A DNA stretch of 64,000 nucleotides from Myxococcales bacterium (lineage in GTDB: Bacteria > Myxococcota_A > Polyangia > Polyangiales > Houyiibacteriaceae), in contig JAGQJE010000038.1 in assembly GCA_020430775.1 (NCBI GenBank), forward strand, positions 280-64,279, in the 5' to 3' direction. Every line of letters begins with the position of its first letter. Position 1 is the first letter of the stretch. Made by a program: the position numbers and the translations under genes. The notes beneath the pieces were generated by a model, which ran no database searches, was not told where the DNA came from, and was given only the letters and a program-made list of their open reading frames with translations. Positions 30,330-39,201 of this stretch are shown piece by piece.

Positions 30330-30539
30330 TCAGCTCTCTGGCGCGGCGCGCTGCGCTTCGAGCTGATCCTTCATCGACAGCTTCTGTTTCTTCAAGGCTC
30401 GCACCTCGAGCTCCTCTTCCGTGGTGAGGTGCTTGTGCGAGTCGAGCTCGTTGACACGTGCGTCGAGCGTGGCGTGTTTCCGTTCGAGCCGAGCGATCTG
30501 GAAATCCGGCTCGACGTGGCGGCGCTCTTTACGATCCAT
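30330..30539 (-). CDS. DUF465/YdcH-family small protein
   Basis: 69 aa. RLERKHATLDARVNELDSHKHLTTEEELEVRALKKQKLSMKDQL fits the YdcH pattern. Confidence 0.7.
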   Translation of the reverse strand: MDRKERRHVEPDFQIARLERKHATLDARVNELDSHKHLTTEEELEVRALKKQKLSMKDQLEAQRAAPES

Positions 30540-30786
30540 AGGACCTCCGCTGAGGGGGCAGTGGGACAGGGGCGATCAAGCTGTCAAAGCGCGGGAGGCA
30601 CAGAGCCTCCTCTCGATCGGTATACGGGCTCGAAGAACAATCTTCAACGCCTGGTTCTCGTGCAACACGCTCCGACCGAGACCATTCCGTCGCTTCGCTC
30701 GTCGCGGCGCGCGCGGCTGCTACAAGCCGTGAATGCCGCGACGAGCTGCGGCGTCTCTCTGCCACCCGTCGCCACCCCCGAGGCCC

Positions 30787-31560
30787 ATGTTCGCGTTCTC
30801 CGTCACCCACCGCAGGCCCTCCGTTCGGCCCCTCGCGTCCGTCGCCGCGGCCTGCGCCATCGTCTTGGCGAGCCTCGCGCTCGGCGCGGCCGCCGCGCGC
30901 GCGCAGGGCGAGCCCTCGAGCGCGCCCGCGCCCTCGAGCCGCCTCGACGCGCGCGGCGTGGCTGCGCTGGTGCAGTCGTTCTACGACCAGATGCGCACCA
31001 TCGAGGCGCACTTCGAGCAGACCCGCTTCACGAAGCTCTACGACCGCACCGACCGGGCGCACGGCACGGTGGTCTTCAAGAAGCCCGGCCGCATGCGCTG
31101 GGACTACGACGCGCCGAACGGGCAGATCTTCGTCAGCGACGGTCAGACGCTGCGCATCTACCAGCCGCCGGAGGAGGGCGAGGCGCACGGCCAGGTCATC
31201 GAGCGCTCGGTCGACGCCGCGCAGCTCCCTGAGGCGCTCTCGTTTCTCACGGGGACGGGCCGGCTCGCCCGGGACTTCGAGATGCGCCTGCTCGAGCCAC
31301 CGGAGGGCAGCCCGGCGGACCTGTACGTCCTCGAGCTGCGGCCGCGCACCCCGAGCCCGCGCTACGACCGGGTGCTCTTCTTCGTGCGGGTCGTGCACGC
31401 CGGCGGCCGAGCGGCGGGCGTCATCGAGCGCGTCGTCATCCTCGACGCGGTCGGCAACCGCAACCAGTTCGACTTCAGCAAGCTGCGCTTCAACCGCGCC
31501 GTGCCGGACTCACGGTTCACGTTGAAGGTGCCGAAGGGGACCCGTCGCATCCGGAAGTGA
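30787..31560 (+). CDS. lolA: Outer-membrane lipoprotein carrier protein LolA-like
   Basis: Signal peptide ending AAAARA. Then FEQTRFTKLYDRTDRAHGTVVFKKPGRMRWDYDAPNGQIFVSDGQTLRIYQP. Confidence 0.7.
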   Translation: MFAFSVTHRRPSVRPLASVAAACAIVLASLALGAAAARAQGEPSSAPAPSSRLDARGVAALVQSFYDQMRTIEAHFEQTRFTKLYDRTDRAHGTVVFKKPGRMRWDYDAPNGQIFVSDGQTLRIYQPPEEGEAHGQVIERSVDAAQLPEALSFLTGTGRLARDFEMRLLEPPEGSPADLYVLELRPRTPSPRYDRVLFFVRVVHAGGRAAGVIERVVILDAVGNRNQFDFSKLRFNRAVPDSRFTLKVPKGTRRIRK

Positions 31561-33067
31561 CGCCGAGCCATCGCTCGACGCGGGGTCCCACCTCGGACCA
31601 GCGGTGGCGGGTGGCGCGCGCGTGACCGCGCTCGGCTAGGCGCCGGGCGAGCGCGGGGGTGTCCGCGAGTCGTGTGAGCGCTGCGGCGAGGGCGCCGGCG
31701 TCGTCCGGCGGGACGAGCAGGGCGGCGTCCTCTGCGCCGGTGAGCTCCGGGACGCCGCCTACGCGGGACGCGACGACCGGCAGCCCGGCGTACATCGCCT
31801 CGAGGAGCGCGACGGGCGCCCCCTCGGTGCGGCCGTTCGAGAGGCGGCGCGACGGCAGCACGAACGCGTCGGCGTCCGCGAGCAGCGCGGCCTTGTCGCG
31901 ACCGCGCACCGCTCCGACGAAGCGCACGGGAGCCCCGAGGCGCGCCGCGCGGCGTTCGAGCCGGTCGCGCTCGGGCCCGTCCCCGGCGACCACCAGCGTG
32001 ACGCGGCCCGCGGTCTTCGCGACCGCTTCGATCGCCACGTCGACGCCTTTGACAGGCACGAGCCGGCCGAGGGTGACGGCGCGCAGGGGACCGCTGGTCG
32101 ACGTGCGGCCCGGTCGTGCGGGTGGGCGCTCGAGGCCGAGCGCCGCGGGCTCGAAACCCATCGGCTGCACCTCACAGGGGGGCAGCGTGACGTGCACGCG
32201 CGCGGCGAGCTCCTCGACCATCGCGCGATGCTCAGCCGTCACGAAGCACAGCCGCGAGGTGCCACGGGCGATGCGCCGGAGGATCGCGCCGCGAGCAGGC
32301 AGGCGAGCCAGCAGGTGGACGTCCGCCGAGTGGAAGACCGCGAGGTGTGGGATCGCCCCCGCGCCTCGTGCGCGCGGGAGGCCGGCCGCGACCCACGCGC
32401 AGGGGAGCGCCCAGTGCGAGATGACCGCGTCCCAACGCCGCGACGCGCGCCACGCCGCCGCATAGAGCGCCGGCGGAAAGGTCAGCGCGCCGGGCCACGC
32501 CAGCGGATCGGAGGCGAGGTTCTCCGGTGCCCCGGCCCCGTAAAACGTCCGCTCGAGCGCCCGCGGCCACGCATACGCCACCCACCGCAGCGCGATGGGG
32601 TTGACGCCCTCGCTGCCGCTCGGGGAGGGGGGCACGCGCCCCCCTCCCAAACTCGACTTCGCCGCGCGATAGAATCGCGGCGAAGCCGACTTTGGCACCC
32701 ACCCCCGCGAGGGTCGTCGCCGTGGCGGCGCCTCCCGCATCGGCCCGCAGGAGGGTGGTCGTACGAGGTTGGTTGCACTCTTGCGGTAGCAAGACTGAAC
32801 CCAACCTCGGTGTGCCGTGGGTAGTTCGACGGGGTGACCCGCACCCGTGCCCGTGCCCGAACCCGTGCCCGTGCCCGAACCCGAACCCGAACCCGCGCCC
32901 GTGCCCGAACCCGAACCCGTGCCCGTGCCCGCGTCCCGTGGCTCCGGGGCGAGCACTTCGACCGTGTGACCGCGCGCCGCGAGCGCGCGCGCCATGCCCT
33001 CGACGAACGCCCCCGCGACGTCTCCCTCGAAGCGTGGGAAGCCCGTCGTCAGGATGCCGATGCGCAT
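31517..33067 (-). CDS. GT-B glycosyltransferase (family 4) carrying a ~113-aa in-frame insertion after residue ~44
   Basis: N-terminus MRIGILTTGFPRFEGDVAGAFVEGMARALAARGHTVEVLAPEP and C-terminus TEGAPVALLEAMYAGLPVVASRVGG are GT4-like. Residues ~45-157 are (GT/GS/GA)n plus an Arg/Pro/Ser-rich stretch. Confidence 0.7.
   Translation of the reverse strand: MRIGILTTGFPRFEGDVAGAFVEGMARALAARGHTVEVLAPEPRDAGTGTGSGSGTGAGSGSGSGTGTGSGTGTGAGHPVELPTAHRGWVQSCYRKSATNLVRPPSCGPMREAPPRRRPSRGWVPKSASPRFYRAAKSSLGGGRVPPSPSGSEGVNPIALRWVAYAWPRALERTFYGAGAPENLASDPLAWPGALTFPPALYAAAWRASRRWDAVISHWALPCAWVAAGLPRARGAGAIPHLAVFHSADVHLLARLPARGAILRRIARGTSRLCFVTAEHRAMVEELAARVHVTLPPCEVQPMGFEPAALGLERPPARPGRTSTSGPLRAVTLGRLVPVKGVDVAIEAVAKTAGRVTLVVAGDGPERDRLERRAARLGAPVRFVGAVRGRDKAALLADADAFVLPSRRLSNGRTEGAPVALLEAMYAGLPVVASRVGGVPELTGAEDAALLVPPDDAGALAAALTRLADTPALARRLAERGHARATRHRWSEVGPRVERWLGVTSGCDGSPSAPST
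32597..32837. other. Lower-GC, hairpin-dense segment inserted in the GT4 coding region
   Basis: Three strong hairpins: 32623-32632/32639-32648 (GGGAGGGGGG/CCCCCCTCCC), 32647-32666/32676-32695 (18 of 20 bp, loop cgatagaat), and 32767-32784/32789-32806 (15 of 18 bp, loop GGTA). Confidence 0.7.
32838..32940 (-). repeat. 16 consecutive CCCNNN hexamers (GGGNNN on the minus/coding strand)
   Basis: cccgca cccgtg cccgtg cccgaa cccgtg cccgtg cccgaa cccgaa cccgaa cccgcg cccgtg cccgaa cccgaa cccgtg cccgtg cccgcg. Encodes GTGTGSGSGTGAGSGSGSGTGTGSGTGTGAG. Confidence 0.9.
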
Positions 33068-33858
33068 CGCGTCGGCCCGCCGGTGGCCTCAGGGTAGGCC
33101 TCGTCGAGCGCCGCGTAACCCCCGGCCGCCCCGTCGCGGGAGCGCAGGGCGCTCCGGACCGCTACACGCCCGATCACCGCCGGCACGACGAAGAGCGCGT
33201 GGTGCAGACCCACGCCGCTGTCCTCCCCGGCATACACGGGCCTCACCCGGACGTCGCGGACGCGGGCGCCCGAGGCGTGCAGCGCGCCGAGGAGGTCGTT
33301 CGGGTAGCCGTAGCGCGGCCACAGCCGGTCGAGGTCGATCCGCGCCGCGGCGTGTCGCGACAGGGCGGTGTAGCCGCACTGCGAGTCGTGCACCGACAGC
33401 CCCGTCGCGCGCCGCGTCAGCCACGAAAGCGCGTGGTTGCCGATCCATCGGCTGAGGGGCATCTGGCGCCGCGCGTCGGGCCAGGCGAGCCGGTTGCCCT
33501 TCGCGTACTCGGCCTCGCCGCGGACGACGGGGTCGAGGAGCGCCGGCAGGTCGACTGGGTCCATCTGCGCGTCCGCCGCCATGACCGCGGCGACGTCGAC
33601 CTGTCGCGGACCTTGGGCGAACGCGGCGCGGTACCCGGTCGCGATCGCGGCGCCGACGCCGCGGTTGCGGCGATGCCGCACGACCTCCACGCGCGCATCA
33701 CCGACCGCCGCGGCGCGCGCCCCGGTGCCGTCCGTGCTCGCGTCGTCGACGACGATGATGCGGTCGACGAGCGCGGGCATGCCGGACAGGGCGCGCGTGA
33801 TGTGCGACGCCTCCTCGAACGCGGGCATCACCACCGCCACCCTCGCGCCCTGATGCAT
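33049..33858 (-). CDS. Family 2 glycosyltransferase (GT-A)
   Basis: VAVVMPAFEEASHI...RIIVVDDASTDGT and downstream DAQMD acidic motif. 19-bp overlap with the GT4 start. Confidence 0.8.
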   Translation of the reverse strand: MHQGARVAVVMPAFEEASHITRALSGMPALVDRIIVVDDASTDGTGARAAAVGDARVEVVRHRRNRGVGAAIATGYRAAFAQGPRQVDVAAVMAADAQMDPVDLPALLDPVVRGEAEYAKGNRLAWPDARRQMPLSRWIGNHALSWLTRRATGLSVHDSQCGYTALSRHAAARIDLDRLWPRYGYPNDLLGALHASGARVRDVRVRPVYAGEDSGVGLHHALFVVPAVIGRVAVRSALRSRDGAAGGYAALDEAYPEATGGPTRCASAS

Positions 33859-33946
33859 CGCGTCGGACCTAGCAGCCCGCCGCGCCAGAGGCCAACGTCC
33901 GGTCGCCCGCGCCGTCCCGCCCGCTCGCCGGTGTGACCACGGGCGG

Positions 33947-35797
33947 TCACTCGACGGTGACGGTCTTCGCGAGGTTTCGCGGCTGGTCGACGTCGGTCCC
34001 CTTGAAGTCCGCGACGTAGTAGGCGTAGAGCTGCAGCGGCAGCACCGTGAGGAAGGGCGTCAGCTCGGGGTCGACCGCTGGGACCTCGATCAGCGTCTCG
34101 CTCGCGTCGCGCGCGGCGTCGTCCCCCTCGGTCGCGATGGCGATGACGATGGCCTCCCGCGCCTTCGCCTCCTCGAGGTTGCTCAGCGAGCGCTCGTAGT
34201 TCTCGTCCTTCGGCAGCAGCACGAGCACGGGCACGTGCGGGTCGATGAGCGCGATCGGTCCGTGCTTCATCTCGCCTGCGGCGTAGCCCTCGGCGTGCAC
34301 GTAGCTCACCTCCTTGAGCTTGAGCGCGCCCTCGAGCGCGATCGGGAAGCTCAGCCCGCGGCCGAGGAAGAGCACGTCCCGCGCCTCGACCTGGCGCCGC
34401 GCGAGGTTCGCGATGAGCTGGCGCGTGCCGTGCAATACCTCTTGCATCTGGTTCGGGAGCCGCGCGAGCCCCTCGACGAGCGCCGCGGCGCGCGCCTCCG
34501 TGAGGTGGCCGCGCTGCCGGCCGAGCCAGATCGCCAGCATGACGAGCGCCGCGAGCTGTGTCGTGAACGCCTTCGTCGAGGCGACGCCGATCTCCGGGCC
34601 CGCGCGCGTGTAGAACACGGCGTCCGACATCCGCGGCAGGGCGCTCCCGATGACGTTCGCGATCGAGAGCACCCGCGCGCCGCGGGCCTTCGCCTCCTTG
34701 GCCGCGACGAGGGTGTCGAGGGTCTCGCCGGACTGGCTGACGGCCACGACGAGGTCGCCATCGCCGATGACGGGCCGCCGGCCGCGGAACTCGCTGGCGA
34801 GCTCGACGACGGCGGGCAGCCCGGTCAGCTCCTCCAGCCAGTAGCGGCCCGCGATCGCCGCGTGGTGGCTCGTCCCGCACGCGAGCAGCACCACGCGCGC
34901 GACGCGGGAGACGTCCGAGCCCTCGAGGCCGATCTCCGCGCCGACCACCTCGCCGCGCGTGCGGTCGAGGCGACCGCGCAGCGTGTCCTCCATCGCGCGC
35001 GGCTGCTCGAAGATCTCCTTGAGCATGAAGTGCTTGAAGCCGGCCTTCTCGGCCATGATCGGCGACCAGTCGATGCGCTGCGGGGCGCGCGTGACCGGCT
35101 CTCCGGCGACGGTCGTGATCGTCGCGCCCTCGTCGGACAGGACGGCCATCTCGCCGTCCTCGAGGAAGAGCATCTGGCGGGTGTAGGGGAGCAGCGCCGG
35201 GATGTCGCTCGCACAGTACACGGCGTCCGGGCCGTCGCCGCGGTCCGTCCCGAGGCCGAGCACGAGCGGGGAGGCGTTCTTCGCCACGACGATGCGCCGC
35301 GGCTCGTCGTGGCTGAGCACCGCGAGCGCGTAGGCGCCGTGTAGGCGGCCGAGGGCCGCGCGGACCGCGGCTTCGAGGTTACGCCCCTGTCGCACCGCCT
35401 CATGGACGAGGTGGGCGACCAGCTCGGTGTCCGTGTCGCTCGAGATCGTGACGCCACGCTCGATCAGCTCTTTGCGCAGCGCCCCGTGGTTTTCGATGAT
35501 GCCGTTGTGCACCACGGCGATCGGTCCCGAGACATGCGGGTGCGCGTTGACCTCCGAGGGCCGGCCGTGCGTGGCCCAGCGGGTGTGGCCGATGCCGACC
35601 GTCCCTGAGAGCGGGCGCGCCGCCAGCGCGGTCTCGAGGTTGCGCAGCTTGCCGACGGCCCGGACGATCTCGATCGCCTCCGCGCCGGGCACGGCCACGC
35701 CGGCCGAGTCGTAGCCCCGGTATTCGAGCCGCCGCAGCCCGTCGAGGAGCACGGGCGCCGCCGGCTCATGCCCGATGTACCCAACGATCCCGCACAT
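33947..35797 (-). CDS. glmS: Glutamine--fructose-6-phosphate aminotransferase
   Basis: MCGIVGYIG N-terminal Cys nucleophile, two SIS domains, and C-terminus ...DQPRNLAKTVTVE. Start ATG 35797. Confidence 0.95.
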   Translation of the reverse strand: MCGIVGYIGHEPAAPVLLDGLRRLEYRGYDSAGVAVPGAEAIEIVRAVGKLRNLETALAARPLSGTVGIGHTRWATHGRPSEVNAHPHVSGPIAVVHNGIIENHGALRKELIERGVTISSDTDTELVAHLVHEAVRQGRNLEAAVRAALGRLHGAYALAVLSHDEPRRIVVAKNASPLVLGLGTDRGDGPDAVYCASDIPALLPYTRQMLFLEDGEMAVLSDEGATITTVAGEPVTRAPQRIDWSPIMAEKAGFKHFMLKEIFEQPRAMEDTLRGRLDRTRGEVVGAEIGLEGSDVSRVARVVLLACGTSHHAAIAGRYWLEELTGLPAVVELASEFRGRRPVIGDGDLVVAVSQSGETLDTLVAAKEAKARGARVLSIANVIGSALPRMSDAVFYTRAGPEIGVASTKAFTTQLAALVMLAIWLGRQRGHLTEARAAALVEGLARLPNQMQEVLHGTRQLIANLARRQVEARDVLFLGRGLSFPIALEGALKLKEVSYVHAEGYAAGEMKHGPIALIDPHVPVLVLLPKDENYERSLSNLEEAKAREAIVIAIATEGDDAARDASETLIEVPAVDPELTPFLTVLPLQLYAYYVADFKGTDVDQPRNLAKTVTVE

Positions 35798-35986
35798 CGT
35801 CCCGTCTCCCCCGCCCGCGCGGTGCACCCCTCGCGGCGCGAACGTCGCCCTCGCTCGGGGCGTCTCGTGCACCGGCGCCGCGCCATCGCGACCCCGTCCA
35901 CCGCAATGGTGACGAGGAACCGCGCAGATTGCACGTCCCGTGCATCCCGTTCGAGCGCGCGCCCCCTGTCGCGTCGAGCGGCGGGC

Positions 35987-37501
35987 TCACTTCGCCGGAA
36001 GCCGCCGCTCGACGTGCCCCTTCGTGTCGACGACCGTCACCGGTCCGTACGCACGCAGCGCGTCCGCGAAGTCCGCCGCCTCGCCGACGACGACGATGAG
36101 CGCCGAGTCAGGGCGGATGAACGCCTTGGCCGCCGCGAGCGCCTCCGCCTGCGTGACCGCGTTGATGCGCGTCCGGTAGGTGTCCCAGTAGTCGTCCGGG
36201 AGGTGGTAGAGCGTCTGGTCGGCCACCAGGTCCGCGATGCGCCCGGGCGTCGAGATGCGCAGCGGGAAGCTGTCACTCAGGCTCTGCTCGGCCGCCTTCA
36301 GCTCCGGCGCCGGCACCGGTTGGGTGGTGATGGCGTCGAGGTTGTCGAAGAACGCCTGCACCGCCTGCACCGTCACCGGCGTACGCACGGCGGCCATCGC
36401 CGCGAAGGGCCCCACGTCGAGCCGCGGGCCGACGGCGCTGTAGGCCCCGTAGGTGAGGCTCCGCTTGCCGCGCAGGTCCATGAACAGGCGCGACGCCGCA
36501 TCTCCGCCGAGGACCTGGTTCGCCACCTGCAGCGGGATCCAGCTCGGGTCGTCGCGTCGCAGCGCGAGGTTGCCGATCCGGATCTCGGACTGCACCGAGC
36601 CGGGCCGGTCGACGATCAGCACCGAGCGCTCCTTGCGCTCGGGCGGCGTGCGCGCCTGGTGGCGCTCGAGCAGCCGCGGCTGCCACCGCCCGAAGGCCTG
36701 CTCGGCCGCGGCGTGCACCTCGGCGGGGGCCACCTTGCCGACGACGACGAGGTAGGCGTTGTTCGGGATGAAGTAGCGCGCGTGCCAGCTCGTCAGGTCG
36801 TGCCGGGTGACCCGCTTGACGACCGCCGGCGTCGTGTCGACGTGCGCGTACGGGTGGTCCCCATACAGCGTGGCGTAGAACGCCCGCCTCGAGAGGTAGC
36901 TCGGGTCCTGGTCGCTCAGCGCGAGGCGATCGAGCTCACGGGCCTTGAGCTTGCGGAGCTCGGCGTTCGAGAACGTCGGCTCCGTCGCCATCTCGCCCAT
37001 CAACCCGAGGACCTCACCGAGGTGCTCGCTCAGCGACCGTCCGACGAGCCGCGTCGTGTCGGCGTCCGCGCTCGCCGAGATGTCGGCGCCGAGAAACTCG
37101 ATCGCCTCTGCGAGCTGCGCGCTCGTGTGGTGGCGCGTGCCCTCGTCGAGCATCGCCGCGACGAGGTTCGACAGCCCCGGCATGTCGCTCGGGTCGGAGC
37201 TCTGCCCGCTTCGCACGACGAGCTGCACGTAGGCCGCCGGCAGCGCGTCGTCCTCGACGACCACGATCTGCAGGCCGTTCGCGAGCTTGTCGTGGTGGAT
37301 CGGCGGGAACGCGACGTCCGTCGCCGGGCCGGGGGGCGGCGGCGTCGTGGGGTAGGCCTCGCTCGCGGTCTTTTCGGGCGTCGTCTGTGCGTTCGCCGCG
37401 GGGGTCGCGGATGCAGGGTGCGACGTCGTCGCGCAGCCCTGCGCGAGCGTGATGGCGGCGACGACCGCCGCGAGCCGGGTCGCAGTTCGAAGGGTGCTCA
37501 T
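35987..37501 (-). CDS. M16-family peptidase-like lipoprotein, non-catalytic (no HxxEH)
   Basis: Signal AAITLAQGC. M16 fold pattern, but the zinc-motif position reads GLSNLVAAMLDEGT. 4-bp overlap with the upstream M16 gene. Confidence 0.8.
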   Translation of the reverse strand: MSTLRTATRLAAVVAAITLAQGCATTSHPASATPAANAQTTPEKTASEAYPTTPPPPGPATDVAFPPIHHDKLANGLQIVVVEDDALPAAYVQLVVRSGQSSDPSDMPGLSNLVAAMLDEGTRHHTSAQLAEAIEFLGADISASADADTTRLVGRSLSEHLGEVLGLMGEMATEPTFSNAELRKLKARELDRLALSDQDPSYLSRRAFYATLYGDHPYAHVDTTPAVVKRVTRHDLTSWHARYFIPNNAYLVVVGKVAPAEVHAAAEQAFGRWQPRLLERHQARTPPERKERSVLIVDRPGSVQSEIRIGNLALRRDDPSWIPLQVANQVLGGDAASRLFMDLRGKRSLTYGAYSAVGPRLDVGPFAAMAAVRTPVTVQAVQAFFDNLDAITTQPVPAPELKAAEQSLSDSFPLRISTPGRIADLVADQTLYHLPDDYWDTYRTRINAVTQAEALAAAKAFIRPDSALIVVVGEAADFADALRAYGPVTVVDTKGHVERRLPAK

Positions 37502-39000
37502 CGGACCTCTCCCTCGGTGGCGGGCATGACCTTGGTGCTCCCGGCGCTCCTGGCGCTTTGGGCCGCGCTCGCCCGACCCGCGCTGCCCGCGGGCGCTTTG
37601 CCGGGGAGCACGTCGAGGACGGTGCGGTTCGTCGGCGCGAAGTACTTCTTCGCGACCCGCTCGATGTCGGCGTTGGTCACGGCGAGGTAGCGACCGAGCT
37701 CGGTGCGGAGCAGTTTGGCGTCACCCCAGTACACCTCGAACTCGGCCAGGCGCTGCGCCCGCTGCAGGTTCGACTCGAGCCCGAACACGAACGACGCGCG
37801 GACGCGGTTCTTTGCCTTCTCGAGCTCGCGCGGCGTCACGCCGTGGGCGGCGATGTCGTCGAGCGCCTTGTAGATGACGGCGCGAGCCTGCGGTCCCTTG
37901 TGCCCCTTGGCCATGACGCCCCAGAAGGAGAAGAGGTCCGGCCCGCGGCGGTCGTCGGTGCCGACCTCGATGTCCTGGCAGAGCTGCTTGTCCTTGACGA
38001 GCGACTGGTACAGCCGCGAGGACTGGCCGTCCCCGAGCACGAGGGACATCAGCTCGAGCGCGTAGTGGTCGGGCGTGCGGTCGGGCGGGATGTGATAGGC
38101 GATGTGGAACGCGGGCAGCGACGCGTTCGCGTCGTACATCGTCTCCGTCCGCTCGGCCTCTTGCGGCTTCAGCGGGGGCGGGTCGTACTTCGGGACGTCG
38201 CGCGCGGGGATCGGCGCGAAGAAGCGATCGATCAGCGCCATCGCGTCCTTCGGCTGGAAGTCGCCGGCGATCGCGAGCACCGCGTTGTTGGGCGCGTAGT
38301 ACTTCTCGAAGAACGCCTGCACGGCGGAGAGCGGCGCGTCCTCGAGGTCCTTCATGTGTCCGATCGTCGAGTGCGCGTACGGCCAGTAGTCTCCGTAGGC
38401 GAGGGCGTTGATCTCGAGGAAGCTCGGCACGTAGGGCTGGTTGTCATAGCGCTGCCGCCGCTCCTCCATGACGGTCTCTCGCTGGTTTTCGAAGTTCGAC
38501 TTCGTGATGGCGAGCGAGCGCATCCGGTCCGCCTCGAGCCACAGCCCGAGCGCGAGATCGTTCGACGGCAACGTCTCGTAGTAGTTCGTCCGATCCTCGC
38601 TCGTCGAGCCGTTCATCGAGCCGCCGCGGCTCATGATGAGCTGGAAATACTCGCCCTTCTTCACGTGCGCCGAGCCCTGAAACATCATGTGCTCGAAGAG
38701 GTGGGCGAACCCGGAGCGGCCCTTCTCTTCGTTGCGCGACCCGACGTTGTAATACACGGCGATCGCGACGGTCGGCACCGTGTGATCGGGGCTCATGACG
38801 ACGCGCATCCCGTTGTCCAGGCGGTGCACGATGATGGGCAGCTTCGCGAGCGGGTTGTCCGCGTCGTCGCCGCGCTGCGCCGCCGGGGCGCCGGTCGCCG
38901 GCGCGCTGGGCGGTGGCGCCTCCGCGAAGGCAGACCAAGGAGCTGCGCACAAGGCGATCGCGAGCGCACGCAGGCAAAGAGACGAGGGAAGACTGGACAT
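37498..39000 (-). CDS. M16-family zinc metallopeptidase (pitrilysin-like), catalytic subunit
   Basis: Signal peptide MSSLPSSLCLRALAIALCAAPWSAFA. Inverted zinc motif GFAHLFEHMMFQGS (HxxEH). Start ATG 39000. The rest of ORF 37498-40494 is antisense to cinA. Confidence 0.85.
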   Translation of the reverse strand: MSSLPSSLCLRALAIALCAAPWSAFAEAPPPSAPATGAPAAQRGDDADNPLAKLPIIVHRLDNGMRVVMSPDHTVPTVAIAVYYNVGSRNEEKGRSGFAHLFEHMMFQGSAHVKKGEYFQLIMSRGGSMNGSTSEDRTNYYETLPSNDLALGLWLEADRMRSLAITKSNFENQRETVMEERRQRYDNQPYVPSFLEINALAYGDYWPYAHSTIGHMKDLEDAPLSAVQAFFEKYYAPNNAVLAIAGDFQPKDAMALIDRFFAPIPARDVPKYDPPPLKPQEAERTETMYDANASLPAFHIAYHIPPDRTPDHYALELMSLVLGDGQSSRLYQSLVKDKQLCQDIEVGTDDRRGPDLFSFWGVMAKGHKGPQARAVIYKALDDIAAHGVTPRELEKAKNRVRASFVFGLESNLQRAQRLAEFEVYWGDAKLLRTELGRYLAVTNADIERVAKKYFAPTNRTVLDVLPGKAPAGSAGRASAAQSARSAGSTKVMPATEGEVR

Positions 39001-39201
39001 ACGCAAACCCCAACGCTCGAGAGGACCGGTCGCTTCCGTGCGCCGCGCGCGTGACGCGCCCTGCGACCGAGGGCGCGCCGCCGCGCCGCGGCCGTCGCCA
39101 CCGTCTACCACGAACCCGGCCGCTGCGACGTCGTTTGCGGCGCCACGACGCCGCGGCGCGCGTTGACGGCGCGCCCCGTGCGCGGGCAGACTCTCGGGCC
39201 G

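Noticed and set aside
32838-32940. Hexamer arrays (also 1-49, 169-264, 61984-62147) considered as CRISPR arrays
   Set aside because: The period is only 6 nt (24 nt at most), there are no unique spacers, and no cas genes are present. They are simple-sequence or G-tract repeats.
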